From the NCBI GenBank assembly GCA_025594325.1, contig JANHCV010000004.1, positions 868,001 through 932,000 of the forward strand: DNA of 64,000 nt, read 5' to 3'. Below the pieces are notes generated by a model, which had not been told where the DNA came from, made no database searches, and saw only the letters and a program-made list of their open reading frames with translations. Positions 45,382 through 56,087 of the stretch are shown here, in pieces (the first letter of the stretch is position 1; each line of letters opens with the position of its first letter). This DNA is from Blastocladiella emersonii ATCC 22665. Taxonomy: Eukaryota > Fungi > Blastocladiomycota. Position numbers and translations under genes: made by a program.

Positions 45382-47397
45382 ATGGTCCAGCCTGACCTCT
45401 CCGCCGTCGCCCCGCTGATCCCCGTCGAGGACTTCTTCACCAACCCGGACCGCACGGCGCCGCGCCTGTCGCCCGACCACACGCAGCTGTCGTGGCTCGC
45501 GCCCGGCGACAAGAACAACCTGCAGGTGTGGGTCCAGCCGCTGGCGTCGTTCCGCCAGGGCACCGCCGACGGGCGCGTCCAGGTCACGGACCACCCGACG
45601 CACGACATTCGTGCCTACAAGTGGTCGCGCGACGGCTCCGGCATCTTCTTTCTCCAGGACAAGGACGGCGACGAGAATTTCCACCTGTTCCACGTTGACC
45701 TCGCGACGCGCGTCCAGCGCGACCTGACGCCCATCGACGGCGTTGCGATCGGCCGCGGCAACGTCAACGGCGACTGGATCGTCGAGTCCAAGCTGCACCC
45801 CGGCAAGGCCGTCGTCGCCCTCAATATCGACGACCGCCGCCTGCACGACGTGTACAACCTCGACCTCGCCTCGGGCGAGCTCACTCTGCACACCAAGGTG
45901 CGCGAGGGCATCGAGGGCGTGCTGCTCGACGACGAGTTCGTCGTGCGTGCCGCCTCCGCCTCGACCAAGGACGGCAGCGCCAACATCCTCGGGTACAACG
46001 CCGCGGGCGAGGACGACGACGCCAAGTGGCCCGTGATCCTGACGTCGACGCCGCTCGACACCTTGTACCCGATGCACGCGCACAACGACGGCCGCCTCAT
46101 CGTGCTGTCGTCGGTCGGCCGCGAGACCATCGTGCTCGTCGAGCTCGACCCCGCGACCGGCGAGCAGACGGTCCTGTCCGAGGGCCACGTTGACGTGGCG
46201 GCGGTCAAGGCGCACCCCGAGACGGACGCGCTGCAGTTTGTCGCGTACGATTCGGGCCGCTACCAGTGGAAGGTGGTCGACGAGTCGCTGCGCGCGCACT
46301 TTGACCGCGTGCAAGCGTACGCGGCCGAGCGCGACGCCGACGTCGCGTTCCTGCCGTTCGACAACCGTGACGACGCTGTGTGGGGCCTCTCGCTGACGTA
46401 CAGCGACGCGCCGGCCGCGTTCGCGCTGTACCACATGGACCCGGCCGTGACGGGCGCCAACGCCGACGAGCACATCGAGTTCCTATTCACCAGCAACTCC
46501 AAGCTCGCAGGGCTCACGCTCGGCCGGTCCGAGTCGGTCAACTACGTGGCGCGCGATGGGCTCCCGCTCCAGGGCTACTTCACGTACCCGCCGGGCTTCG
46601 ACGCGGCGAGCGGCGTCAAGTACCCGATGGTCCTGGTCGTTCACGGCGGTCCGTGGGCGCGCGACTCGTTTGGGTACGGGGCGACCCCGCAGTGGCTCGC
46701 GAACCGCGGCTACGTCGTGTTCCAGCCCAACTACCGCGGCTCGACGGGCTTCAACAAGACGCACCTGACGGCGTCGTTCAAGCAGTGGGGCAAGGCGATG
46801 CACGACGACCTGCTCGACTCGGTCAATATGGCCGTGGACCGCGGGATCGTCGACCGCGAGCACGTGGCCATCTTCGGCGGCAGCTACGGCGGGTACTCTG
46901 CGCTGGCCGGCGTGACGCTGACGCCCGAGTTCTTCACGTGCTCGGTCGACATTGTCGGCCCGTCGAACCTCAAGACGCTGCTCGCCACGGTGCCGCCGTA
47001 CTGGGAGTCGTTCCTGTCCGTGTTCCACACGCGCATGGGCCACCCGGAGCGCGACTCGGACCTGCTCGACGCCGCGTCGCCTGTGCACCACGCGCACAAG
47101 ATCGTGCGCCCGCTGCTCATCGCACAGGGCAAGAACGACCCGCGCGTCAAGGAGGCCGAGTCCGAGCAGATCGTCCAGGCGATTGCCAAGAACGGCGGCA
47201 ACGTGGTCTACGCGCTGTACCCCGACGAGGGCCACGGCTTCTCCAAGCCCGTCAACCGCGTCGACTTTTTCGGCAAGGCCGAGGTCTTCCTCGCCCGCTA
47301 CATGGGCGACAAGGTCCGCGTGCAGGACGGGCTCGACTTCCACGTCAACAAGGACGGCGCGTCGGCCCAGGTGCGCATCGTTGGCGATGCGTTCTAG
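45382..47397 (+). CDS. S9-family serine peptidase (acylaminoacyl/dipeptidyl peptidase type), intronless
   Basis: N-terminal propeller, VHGGPW, NYRGSTG, GGSYGG (Ser), NDPRV (Asp) and DEGHGF (His). Confidence 0.93.
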   Translation: MVQPDLSAVAPLIPVEDFFTNPDRTAPRLSPDHTQLSWLAPGDKNNLQVWVQPLASFRQGTADGRVQVTDHPTHDIRAYKWSRDGSGIFFLQDKDGDENFHLFHVDLATRVQRDLTPIDGVAIGRGNVNGDWIVESKLHPGKAVVALNIDDRRLHDVYNLDLASGELTLHTKVREGIEGVLLDDEFVVRAASASTKDGSANILGYNAAGEDDDAKWPVILTSTPLDTLYPMHAHNDGRLIVLSSVGRETIVLVELDPATGEQTVLSEGHVDVAAVKAHPETDALQFVAYDSGRYQWKVVDESLRAHFDRVQAYAAERDADVAFLPFDNRDDAVWGLSLTYSDAPAAFALYHMDPAVTGANADEHIEFLFTSNSKLAGLTLGRSESVNYVARDGLPLQGYFTYPPGFDAASGVKYPMVLVVHGGPWARDSFGYGATPQWLANRGYVVFQPNYRGSTGFNKTHLTASFKQWGKAMHDDLLDSVNMAVDRGIVDREHVAIFGGSYGGYSALAGVTLTPEFFTCSVDIVGPSNLKTLLATVPPYWESFLSVFHTRMGHPERDSDLLDAASPVHHAHKIVRPLLIAQGKNDPRVKEAESEQIVQAIAKNGGNVVYALYPDEGHGFSKPVNRVDFFGKAEVFLARYMGDKVRVQDGLDFHVNKDGASAQVRIVGDAF

Positions 47398-48994
47398 GTG
47401 GTTGACGGTTGGTTGTATTGTCTGAAATGTACAGTAACGGTTTTGCTTGATCTCGAACTGATGGAACGAACTGGGACCGTTCCCCGTCTCCTCCGCCCCA
47501 ACACCGCTGCTTTCGCCGTGTTCACTCCCTCCCCCTTCTCGATCATGGCAATCCCTCGCGCACTGTTAACATATCTGACTCTCGTTGTGCTAGACCTCCT
47601 GCCTCTTCGCGGCGTCGGGTCGGCTCGCGGTCGTGATCCAGTCATGGCCGCGTGTCTATTCTTTAGTGTCGGAACCGCCGCCGCCGCCATCGCGAACCTC
47701 TACCGCGGAAGGCTACGTTCCGTGGTCGCGTCGCTCCGCCGTCTTTTGCACACGGCGACCGAAACCGACCTCCTCGTACTACTTCATTGTCACGAGTGAT
47801 TCCTGAGCTCTCAACATGGTGGAGAATCGGGGTAGTACGCGGCAGGTGAGATGCTCGTTCCGTCCGTCCGTCCATCCGTCACCGACTCGTCTCGAGCCCC
47901 GTTCAGCCCCGTTCTGTCCGATCCGTGTTTCTCGCTCCGTCCACCACTCACTCGTCTCGTGTCATGCTTTGACCGAGCTGTCCCCTCGTGTGTCCTCCGT
48001 CGACAAGCCGCGTGGGCCGTCGTTTTCGTGTCGTTCTCGTATCTCGCTCTACCAGTCTATCGCTCGCCACCTGCTTCCCGCGCTCGCTGTTCTCGCACGG
48101 CTCATTTCAGTTGATGTTGCTGTTGCTTCCTGCTGCTCTCCAACATCCTCCTGCTCGCGGCGCTCGCTCGCGGTCCTTACTTCCTGCGTTAGTTTGCTCA
48201 ACTCGCTCGCTTTCCCTTTTCGCTCCGTCCAGTCCTCGCTGCGCTCGTTCGCTGCGCGTGCTCTTCTCTGCACCGACCATCACCTACGCCGTTCCCACCC
48301 TCTGCTGTTTTGGATCTCGACTAGATCCTCCTCTCGTCCTTTGGCCCAACCGCGGCCAAGTTTACCTCGGCTACATCGCCCTCCCGTCCCGCCTGCTCGC
48401 CTTGCTCATCGACCCCACGGACAGAATGGCCTGCACTGTTCCAGCCGTCCGCCTCGTCCTCGCAAACGATCCCTGAACTCGCGCCGTCATACCTTTTTGC
48501 TTCCCGCAAAAACACGAAACGCGTCTCGCGTTCCGCACGTGCAGCGTGCGAGACACCCGTCACGTGCGGCCTGCGAGACATCCGTCACGTGTGGCCACAG
48601 CCCCACGGCGCGTCGCCGTCGCTGCGCGCGTTGCTCCTCCTCTCTTCGGAGCGCGCCGCGCCTCGCTGTTCCTGTTTGCTCCGGCGAGCCCATGCAATCC
48701 AGCCTTTCGGGTGATCCCTGCACATTCCCACGCTGCCGCAAGCTCCAGTCGCGTGCGCTCGCCGCCGCATGGGTCACCGGCCCGCCACCGCGCGCTGCGC
48801 CGCCCCCTTGCCGATCGCGGCCCGGGATCCGCATCGGATGCCATGTAAAAACGTGCGCCCAACGGGCCGACTCCCGCAACCACCCTCCGATGCAGCTTCC
48901 TCGCTCGAGCGCGCCGCGGCGACCGCGCGAACCGTGCGGGTAAACGTCGCGCGCGCGTCGGTCCGCGTTCGTCGCGGTGGTCAGCATGACGGCG

Positions 48995-49001
48995 TATAAA
49001 G
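48995..49001 (+). promoter_or_regulatory. TATA box TATAAAG
   Basis: About 60 nt upstream of EGT1 ATG 49061. Confidence 0.55.
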
Positions 49002-49060
49002 CGCGGCGGGGCCCCGTCATAGATGGAGAGGGTTGTGAAGCAACGACGAAGGCTACCACC

Positions 49061-51872
49061 ATGACACCCCCGCCGCCGCCACCGGCACCAACCGCCATCC
49101 TCGACCGCGGGCGCGCCGTCGTCGCCACCAACGGCGGTCTGACCGGGTTCATCGGCCCCGTCGCCAACGGCGGCGACAAGGACGCGCCGCGCATCGCTGC
49201 CGCGCACAAGCTCGACATCCGCGCGGCCGACGCGTCGGGCACCTCGGCGACGACGGTCGATCCCGTCGCCAAGGTCGTCCTCGACGCGTTCCGCGTGCCG
49301 ACCGGCCCGCCCGCCGACCCGGCGGTCCCAGAATCCGCGCAGCTCGCGGGCCTCGCCGAGCTCGCCGCCGCCGCCACCTCGGACCCGCCCGCCGCGGTGT
49401 GCCGGTACTCGCTGCCGTCGTTCCTGCTGTACGACGCGCGCGGGCTGCAGCTGTTTGACGCCATCACCAAGCTGCCCGACGACGTGTACTACCTGACGGG
49501 GTGCGAGGCGTCGATTCTGGGCGACGAGGGCGGGGCTGCAGCGCAGATCGCGCGCGACGTGCCCGAGGGCGCCGTGGTGCTCGAGCTCGGGTGCGGGTCG
49601 ATGCGCAAGACGCGGCTGCTGCTCGAGGCCATGGAGCTGAGCGCGCGCGACCGCGGGTTCACTCGCCCGATCCACTTCTACGCCCTCGACCTCGACCGTG
49701 GCGAGCTCGAGAAGTCGCTCGCGGCGCTGGCGGCGAGTCCGCCGGCCAACTGTACGTTTCCTCCTTTCTGACTCTCTCACCTCTCCTCGACGGGAACTCA
49801 CTCACTGACGCCGCCCCTTCCTCGAGTGTAGCCAAGCGCTGGTCGCACATCTCCTTCCACGGTCTGGTCGGGACCTACGAGCAGGGCCTGTCGGCGCTCC
49901 GCACGACGCTGTCCAGCGCGCCGCAGCGGGTCGTGCTGTGGCTCGGGTCATCGATCGGCAATCTGACGCGCGCCGCGGCCGTGACCTTCCTGTCGTCGAT
50001 CCGCGCCCACACGCAGCCGCACGACCGGCTCGTCCTCGGCGCCGACCACCGCAACCCGCGCGCCCTCGTCGAGCGCGCCTACAACGACCCGTACGGCGTC
50101 ACGCGCGAGTTCACGCTCAACCTCATCGACCACATCAACGCGCACCTCGCGGGGGACGCGCCGCTCCCCCCGCGCGCCTTCGAGTTCGCACCCGTCTACA
50201 ACACGCGCGCGGGGCGGCACGAGGTGTACCTGCGCGTGCTCGAGCCCGTCGACGCGGTCCTGGCGCCGGCGGACCCGCAGCTCGCGGCGGCGCTCGACCC
50301 CGTCCGCGTCCGGCTCGCGCGCGGCGAGCTCGTGCACGTCGAGTACTCGTACAAGTACAACGACGCGGACCTCGCGGCCCTCCTCGCGCGCAGCCAGTGG
50401 GCCGTCGACGCGGCCTGGGAGGATAAGGGCGCGCGGTACGGCTTGCACCTGCTATCGCCCGCCGCCATCGCCCTGTCGCACCCGTCGCCCGCGCCCTCGT
50501 CGATCCCGAGCCTCGCCGCGTGGGATGAAGTGTGGCGCGCCTTCGACTTCGTTACGCTCCGCATACTCCGCCGCGCGGCGCTCGCGGTCCGCGCCATCGA
50601 CGTGCGCCACCCGTTCGTCTTCTACGTCGGCCACCTGCCGTGCTTCGCGGACGTGCAGCTCGCGCGCGCGCTCGGCGAGCCGGCCACGGGGCCCGAGGCG
50701 TTCCCGCGCATCTTCGAGCGCGGGATCGACCCCGACCTCGACGACCCGACCGTGTGCCACCCGCACAGCGAGGTGCCCGAGACGTGGCCCGCCGTCGACG
50801 AGGTGGTCAAGTATCGCGACATGGTGCGCGAGCGCGTGCGGCGCGTCACGGTCGCGGGGGAGGTGGCGAGCGAGGTCGCGCATGCGCTCAACATGGCGTT
50901 CGGTACGCCCTCTCACTGTCTCACATCCCGTGTTTCGAACCGACACTCACTCACGCGCGGTGTGTAGAGCACGACGCGATGCACCTCGAGACGATCCTGT
51001 ACATGGTCCTCCAACTCGACCCGTCGCTCGTCGACGCCACCACCCTCCCGCCGTGTCTGCGCGCGTACCCGGCCGACTACCCGCCGCTCCCGCCCGCGGC
51101 CTCGCTCATGGTCCCGCGCGGCACCGTGGTCCTCGGCCGCAGCCCCGACGACGGCGTCTTCGGCTGGGATAACGAGTTCCCCGCCTCGGCCCCGCTCCCC
51201 GTCGGCGCGCTCGCCGTGCAGTCGCGCCCGGTCTCGGTCGGTGAGTACGCCGCGTTCCTGCGCGAGTCGGGCCGGCGCGACCTCGTGCCATCGTCGTGGA
51301 AGGCCGAGGGCGAGGAGTGGCACGTGCGGTCGCTCGCCCACGCCGGCGGGTGGCTCAGCATCGCGCGCAACGAGCAGCGCGTCCGCGACCACGCGGTGTC
51401 GGGCATCTCGCGGCTCGCGGCCGACGCGTACGCGGCGTGGTGGAACCGCCGGTTCGGCAGCCCGCCGGATACCTGGCGCGTGCCGACCGAGCCCGAGTGG
51501 GTGTACGCGCGCGACTTGCTCGCGCCCGGCGGGGAGCAGCCCGTGTGCGCGGGCATGGCCGCCGGAGGGGTGTGGGGCACGGCGCCGATGCCGGTCACGT
51601 CGGGCGGCGACGCCGAGTGGACCGCGGGCGGCGTGTGGGAGTGGACGGCGACACCGTTTGCGCCGCACGGCGACCGCGACGCGTGGCGGGCCGACCCGGC
51701 GTACCCGGGGTACTCGGCCGACTTTTTCGATGACGGGAAGCACGGCGTCGTGCTCGGCGCGAGCTGGGCCACGCACCCGCGGCTCGCGACACGCCGCTCG
51801 TTCCGCAACTGGTTCCAGGCCGGGTACATGTACGCGGCGGTCGGCGTGCGGCTCGTCAAGTCGGTCGAGTGA
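49061..51872 (+). CDS. EGT1: Ergothioneine biosynthesis protein 1 (EgtD methyltransferase fused to DinB/FGE sulfoxide synthase), 3 exons
   Basis: LLYDARGLQLFDAIT, ELGCGS, WLGSSIGN, HVEYSYKY, RHPFVFYVGH, spliced FEHDAMHLETILYM (H-x3-H-x-E), VWEWT and FRNWFQ. Introns 49752-49830 and 50902-50967. Confidence 0.92.
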
Positions 51873-51918
51873 TTCGGTTGTGCAGTTTGGTTGTGTATTA
51901 GTCTGTGTTGTGTGGGTC

Positions 51919-52653
51919 CTACCACGAGTCGTCCATGTCCATATCCATATCTACATCACCCTCCTCATCCTCCTCACTGCTCGAGTCGTCCGCCGGCACC
52001 GGCAGCCCGCGCTGGACACACCGCGCGCGGTGCAGGTCGCGCAGCATCGAGTTCCCCGGCGCGTACGCCTGGTGCGCCGCGCGCGCCGCCGCGTCCTGCG
52101 CGAGGGCTCGACGGCGAAGCGCGTCGTGCCGCGCCGCCTGCAGCTCGGCGTTGCACACCGCGTACGGATCCGCCGGGGGTATCGGGAACGGGAACGGCGG
52201 GGGCGCGGGCGGCAGCGGCGGCACGCTCCACGACTGGAAGTCGAACGGCGACGGAGCCGGATGCTGGTGCTGGAACCGCGCGCGCTTGGACGAGGCGAGT
52301 GGGGGTATCGAGTCGGGGATGGGTTCGTCGTCATCGTCGGTGCGGAACCGCTTGAGCCGCGACGACGGCGGGTCGGCAGCGGGCGCGGTCGCAGCGGCGG
52401 GAGCGGGCTGCGCCCACAACAGCCGTGGCGAGGACGGCGACGCGGGCTGGTACGCGGCGGGCGCCTGGTTTGCCCACCCGGGATGTTGCTGGTGCTGCTG
52501 GTGATATCCGGTCGGCTCGGGTGCAAGGGGCAGGTGCTCGGGCGCCGGCGAGAGCGGCCATGGCGGGCGCTGCTCCTGGTGCTGCTGTTGCGGCGCCGCC
52601 TCGCCGCGCCCGCCTAGCGGGTGGTGGTGGTGCTGCATCGTGGTTCGCTTCAT
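51919..52653 (-). CDS. Small Pro/Gln-rich protein with basic NLS-like patches, two Y-x3-N-x2-L helical motifs and an acidic tail
   Basis: Open frame from ATG 52653 with RLKRFR, SKRARF, YAVCNAELQAARH, YAPGNSMLRDLHRARCVQRG and DDSSSEEDEEGD. Confidence 0.65.
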   Translation of the reverse strand: MKRTTMQHHHHPLGGRGEAAPQQQHQEQRPPWPLSPAPEHLPLAPEPTGYHQQHQQHPGWANQAPAAYQPASPSSPRLLWAQPAPAAATAPAADPPSSRLKRFRTDDDDEPIPDSIPPLASSKRARFQHQHPAPSPFDFQSWSVPPLPPAPPPFPFPIPPADPYAVCNAELQAARHDALRRRALAQDAAARAAHQAYAPGNSMLRDLHRARCVQRGLPVPADDSSSEEDEEGDVDMDMDMDDSW

Positions 52654-52949
52654 GGCAGAGTGCACGCAGTCGCCGCGCTCATCTGGCCTCGATTCATGGG
52701 GGTCGTTGCAGTGAGGTGGCGAGGGCGCTTGGGAAGACCGAGGAGTCACAGCGACCGTGACGTCAGAAAGGGAAGGGCAGGGACCCGCACACGTGCCGAT
52801 GAGCTTCACGTCCCTGTGCGGTGCGAACCCCTGACGTCGAGAGACCGTCGACTGAGTGCAAAAATGCAATGCAATTCAATTCATAGCGGTCCTTGACGAA
52901 CGAGAGGGGTGTGGTTTCAAGCTCCGTGATGCCGCCGCCCGGTTCCGCC

Positions 52950-53660
52950 CAACGCGCAGTTCGACGGCTTCGCTTCCGACCTGTCCTTCCTCGCTGTGCG
53001 TCCCGACGCGCCGCCCATCGTCTTCGCGCCCGCGTCGCCCGGCTCGCTCAACCGCACCATGGCGCTCCTCGCCGAGCACTCGGAGCTTGACGCGTCGCAG
53101 GCCACCGCGCTCCTCCAGGCGCTGTCGGACGGACGCGTGATGCATCCAGGGGGCGCCGGGGCTGGTAAATAAGAGCCGTGTCGGCATCAGAATCGCGTGC
53201 GCCATCATTGGAGCGATCGAGCACAACGCGGACTTCTCAATTCTCGTCATGTGCCATACACACCATGCGCTCGACGAGTTCCTTCTCGGACTCGTCAACG
53301 CTGGGTTTGAGAACCTGGTCCGTGTCGGCAGCGGCGTCAGCGACGAGCTCAATGCGCTCCGCCCGTGGCAGTCAGGAGCGCCGCATTGTCGCTGATCACC
53401 TTCGAGTCACCGATCCCGACTATTTCAACACGGACGACGTTGAACGGGTGAGAACGTCGTGCGATGACGTGCTGAGCAAGCTCAAGCAGCTGGAACAGAC
53501 CCGCACGATCAAGTCGGCACATAGCGCTCTCGACATTGGCATGACCACGACAAGCGCTGTTGCTCGCCCGCACCTGCTGCACGGCCTGTCGCCAGAGTAC
53601 TTCCTCTGCGAGCGCCATCGAGGTCGCGCACTATGTCGATTTGAGCTCGCCCGCCTCGCC
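52950..53660 (+). pseudogene. ZNFX1/NFX1-type SF1 RNA helicase fragment, frameshifted
   Basis: LDASQATALLQAL, a broken Walker A (CIQGAPG then shifted GK), ILVMCHTHHALDEFL...VRVGS, IGMTTTSA, and LSPEYFLCE followed by shifted AIEVAH. The pieces lie in different frames. Confidence 0.75.
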
Positions 53661-54366
53661 CTCGGCGCGGGCGACGTTGCTCCCGTTCCACCTGAAGCGT
53701 GATTATAAAAAACGCTCTAGGTTCCTCAATGTCTTCAACGTGCCGTGTTCAAAGCTTTCCTAAACTTCGTTGCTGCGATTGCTCCCGAGCTCAAGTCGAC
53801 GCTCAGTGTCAAGCGGAGAGGTGAAGCAACGCTCAGCGACTGGGACACGGGTACGGCCGTGAAGAGGACACGGGTGCTCAAGCGCGTCGTTCACGCGCAC
53901 GTGAGTGGCGACTCGAACGCGAACCTCACGACTCTCGAGAAGCAGGGCCGGGTCGACCAAGTCCAGACGAGAAACACTCGCGAAATAAACTAGCAACACA
54001 TCCGATCGAGTCTATCGGCGGTTATTCCCACATAACCCGAGGGTGTTTTTCCCGACGGGCCCAAAGTTTAACGCAGTACCTCCATCACGGCGGGCGAACT
54101 TCCGATGTCCATCTGTCCTTTGTTGTCTTAACAGCACTGATCGTCTTTTTTTGGGCTTTTGATTTAGTTTGCGATCTGCGTTTTTTAAGCCTCTTTTGAA
54201 TGTGTAGTCCGTGGCAGCAGTCGGCCTCTTTTTTTTTTTAAATGGATATCTCCTTTTTTGGGGGTGCGTGACCATCCTTGCCCGGCCTTGGCCCGTTTAC
54301 GGCGAGCGCGCCTCCGTTTAGGTAACGTATGACGTGCCCTTTTAACACAAGGTGGTTCAGTGATCG

Positions 54367-54710
54367 AGCTAGGTCACGCGGGAATGCAACGACAGACGAC
54401 AGTTCGCACTCTTCCAAGAGCGGGGGATGGCCAGGAACCGGTCCGCCTTTTGAGGGCCGCGCTCCGCGCGCCGCGCTCGCGTTCCGTTGCACCGAGTGTT
54501 GACTCGGGTCACGGGATACAACCCGCCCAGCAACGGGTCACTCGGACGGGCGCGTTTAATACCCGAGCGGTGTGGGAGATGATTTGCGAGCGCGAAGCCG
54601 GCGGGTGGAACGCGTCTCGCACCGGAGTGGAGACAAAAACGTGATTTCGCGACGCGTCCACGGTGACCACCCGTGTCATGACATGACTCTCATTCTCTCG
54701 ACCCGCTATT
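54367..54710 (-). repeat. Dispersed repeat, copy B; A-rich tract follows on the minus strand at about 54245-54100
   Basis: Its reverse complement matches 10282-10612. Confidence 0.92.
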
Positions 54711-55069
54711 CGTGTTTGTTTTCCTCGTTGTTCACTCGTGCTTGATCGGGACAACCTGCATTGGTGTTTGGAGCAGACCTTCTGCCGGATCTGCCGTTTA
54801 CGAGTAAATCGTGACGGAACTTTGACGGGTCACGGTGGAGCGGTGGGATGAGCAAGTTTTTCCCGCCTTCTGCGGACCCTAAACTCACCGATGAGCAAGA
54901 AACACTTTTCCACACCTTGTGGTTCCATCGAGGCACCGACGAGCCGCCCTTGACTCGGAGCCTTCCGCGGACAGCGGACAGCGTGGCACTCATAGTCCAG
55001 ACGCGCGAAAGACTGCTACACCCAACTCTGTTGTATATTCATAAACACTCCTCGCCGATCCCCACTCGC

Positions 55070-55716
55070 TCACGACTGCGCGCCCTGGTTGATCGTGTAC
55101 TTTGGCGGGCGGTACAGCCGGGGCAGGATATTCCACTGGATCGCGTTGAACGCGTACGTCGGCTTGCCGATATTGCGCTCGACGTTGCGGGTCCCGCACG
55201 CGCGCATCGCCGTGAGCATGCCCTCAAAGTCGCCGGGCGACATGAGGTGCGCCGCCTGCAGGATGAAGCACTGCTCGAGCGTGACGGACATGGACGTGCG
55301 GTCCTTGGCCGACTTGCACGACGCGGTTCACGCCGTCGTGGACGGAAAGCACCCGAACGGCGGCTGCACTTCGACGTTCTCGGCCATGAGCCCAGCTCGC
55401 GCGTGATATGCGCGGCCATGACGAGAATGTCCGTGTTCGGGCGCCTGCTGCCGCCGCTGACGGCGCCTCGTACGCGGCGCACGCCCGACACGGCGACGTT
55501 GGTCCCAACGCTGAGCGCACTGCCGCCGCTGAGCGAGGCCTCGTCGAAGACCGTCGACATAACGCCCGCGAGCTTGATCTCGGACCCGCCCAGGGACTCT
55601 TCAAAGCGGTTTGCGGGCATCTTGACGTATTCTCGAAGTCGGAGCGAGCCGCGAGCGCCTAGACGACGTCGGCGCTGAGCGATCCGACGGGTGTCGCGGT
55701 ACGCGGCGACGAACCG
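55070..55716 (-). pseudogene. C-terminal fragment of an inositol polyphosphate 4-phosphatase (INPP4-type)
   Basis: SCKSAKDRTSMSVTLEQCFIL...YAFN...LYRPP carries the INPP4 CX5R motif. The upstream PNTDILVMAAHITRELG is in another frame, and an in-frame TGA lies four codons before the Cys. Confidence 0.8.
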
Positions 55717-56012
55717 CTACAGCATGTCAGCTCTCGGGCAGTTACGTGCGTATTGTCGAGTGTGCAACCTATTCGAGCCTCTGCAGGTCCTTGCATGACC
55801 GCAGCGAGTGCCGCGTGACCAAAACTCTGATCTCGGCGACGCGCAGCGCCACACCCTTCCTTGCTCGGCTTCTCCCTGCACCGCATCTCTTCAACACCGC
55901 ACGCGCATCGGTCCCCCCCACCGTTCACTCAACGCCACCATCGGAGTGCGGTAGTGCGGGGTCATACTGTGCATCCGCACCGCGTCGAGGACAGTACGCC
56001 TCGAGGTCGGCG

Positions 56013-56019
56013 TATAAAG
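56013..56019 (+). promoter_or_regulatory. TATA box TATAAAG
   Basis: About 70 nt upstream of the metacaspase ATG. Confidence 0.55.
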
Positions 56020-56087
56020 CTCGTCGCGCTCCCCTCGCTCGATGCTTCGATACCCAAGGATCCTCCCGCATCATATCAAGCAGAAAA

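Noticed and set aside
6289-51872. Ergothioneine cluster formed by EGT1 and the PLP enzyme
   Set aside because: They are over 41 kb apart, and the PLP enzyme is CobD/HisC-like rather than the class V lyase type of Egt2.
10282-54710. A giant 44-kb transposon bounded by the two inverted repeat copies
   Set aside because: The interior holds core genes (DBP10, kinesin-5, HOM2), with no transposase or recombinase and no target-site duplication at the outer ends. Two independent insertions are simpler.
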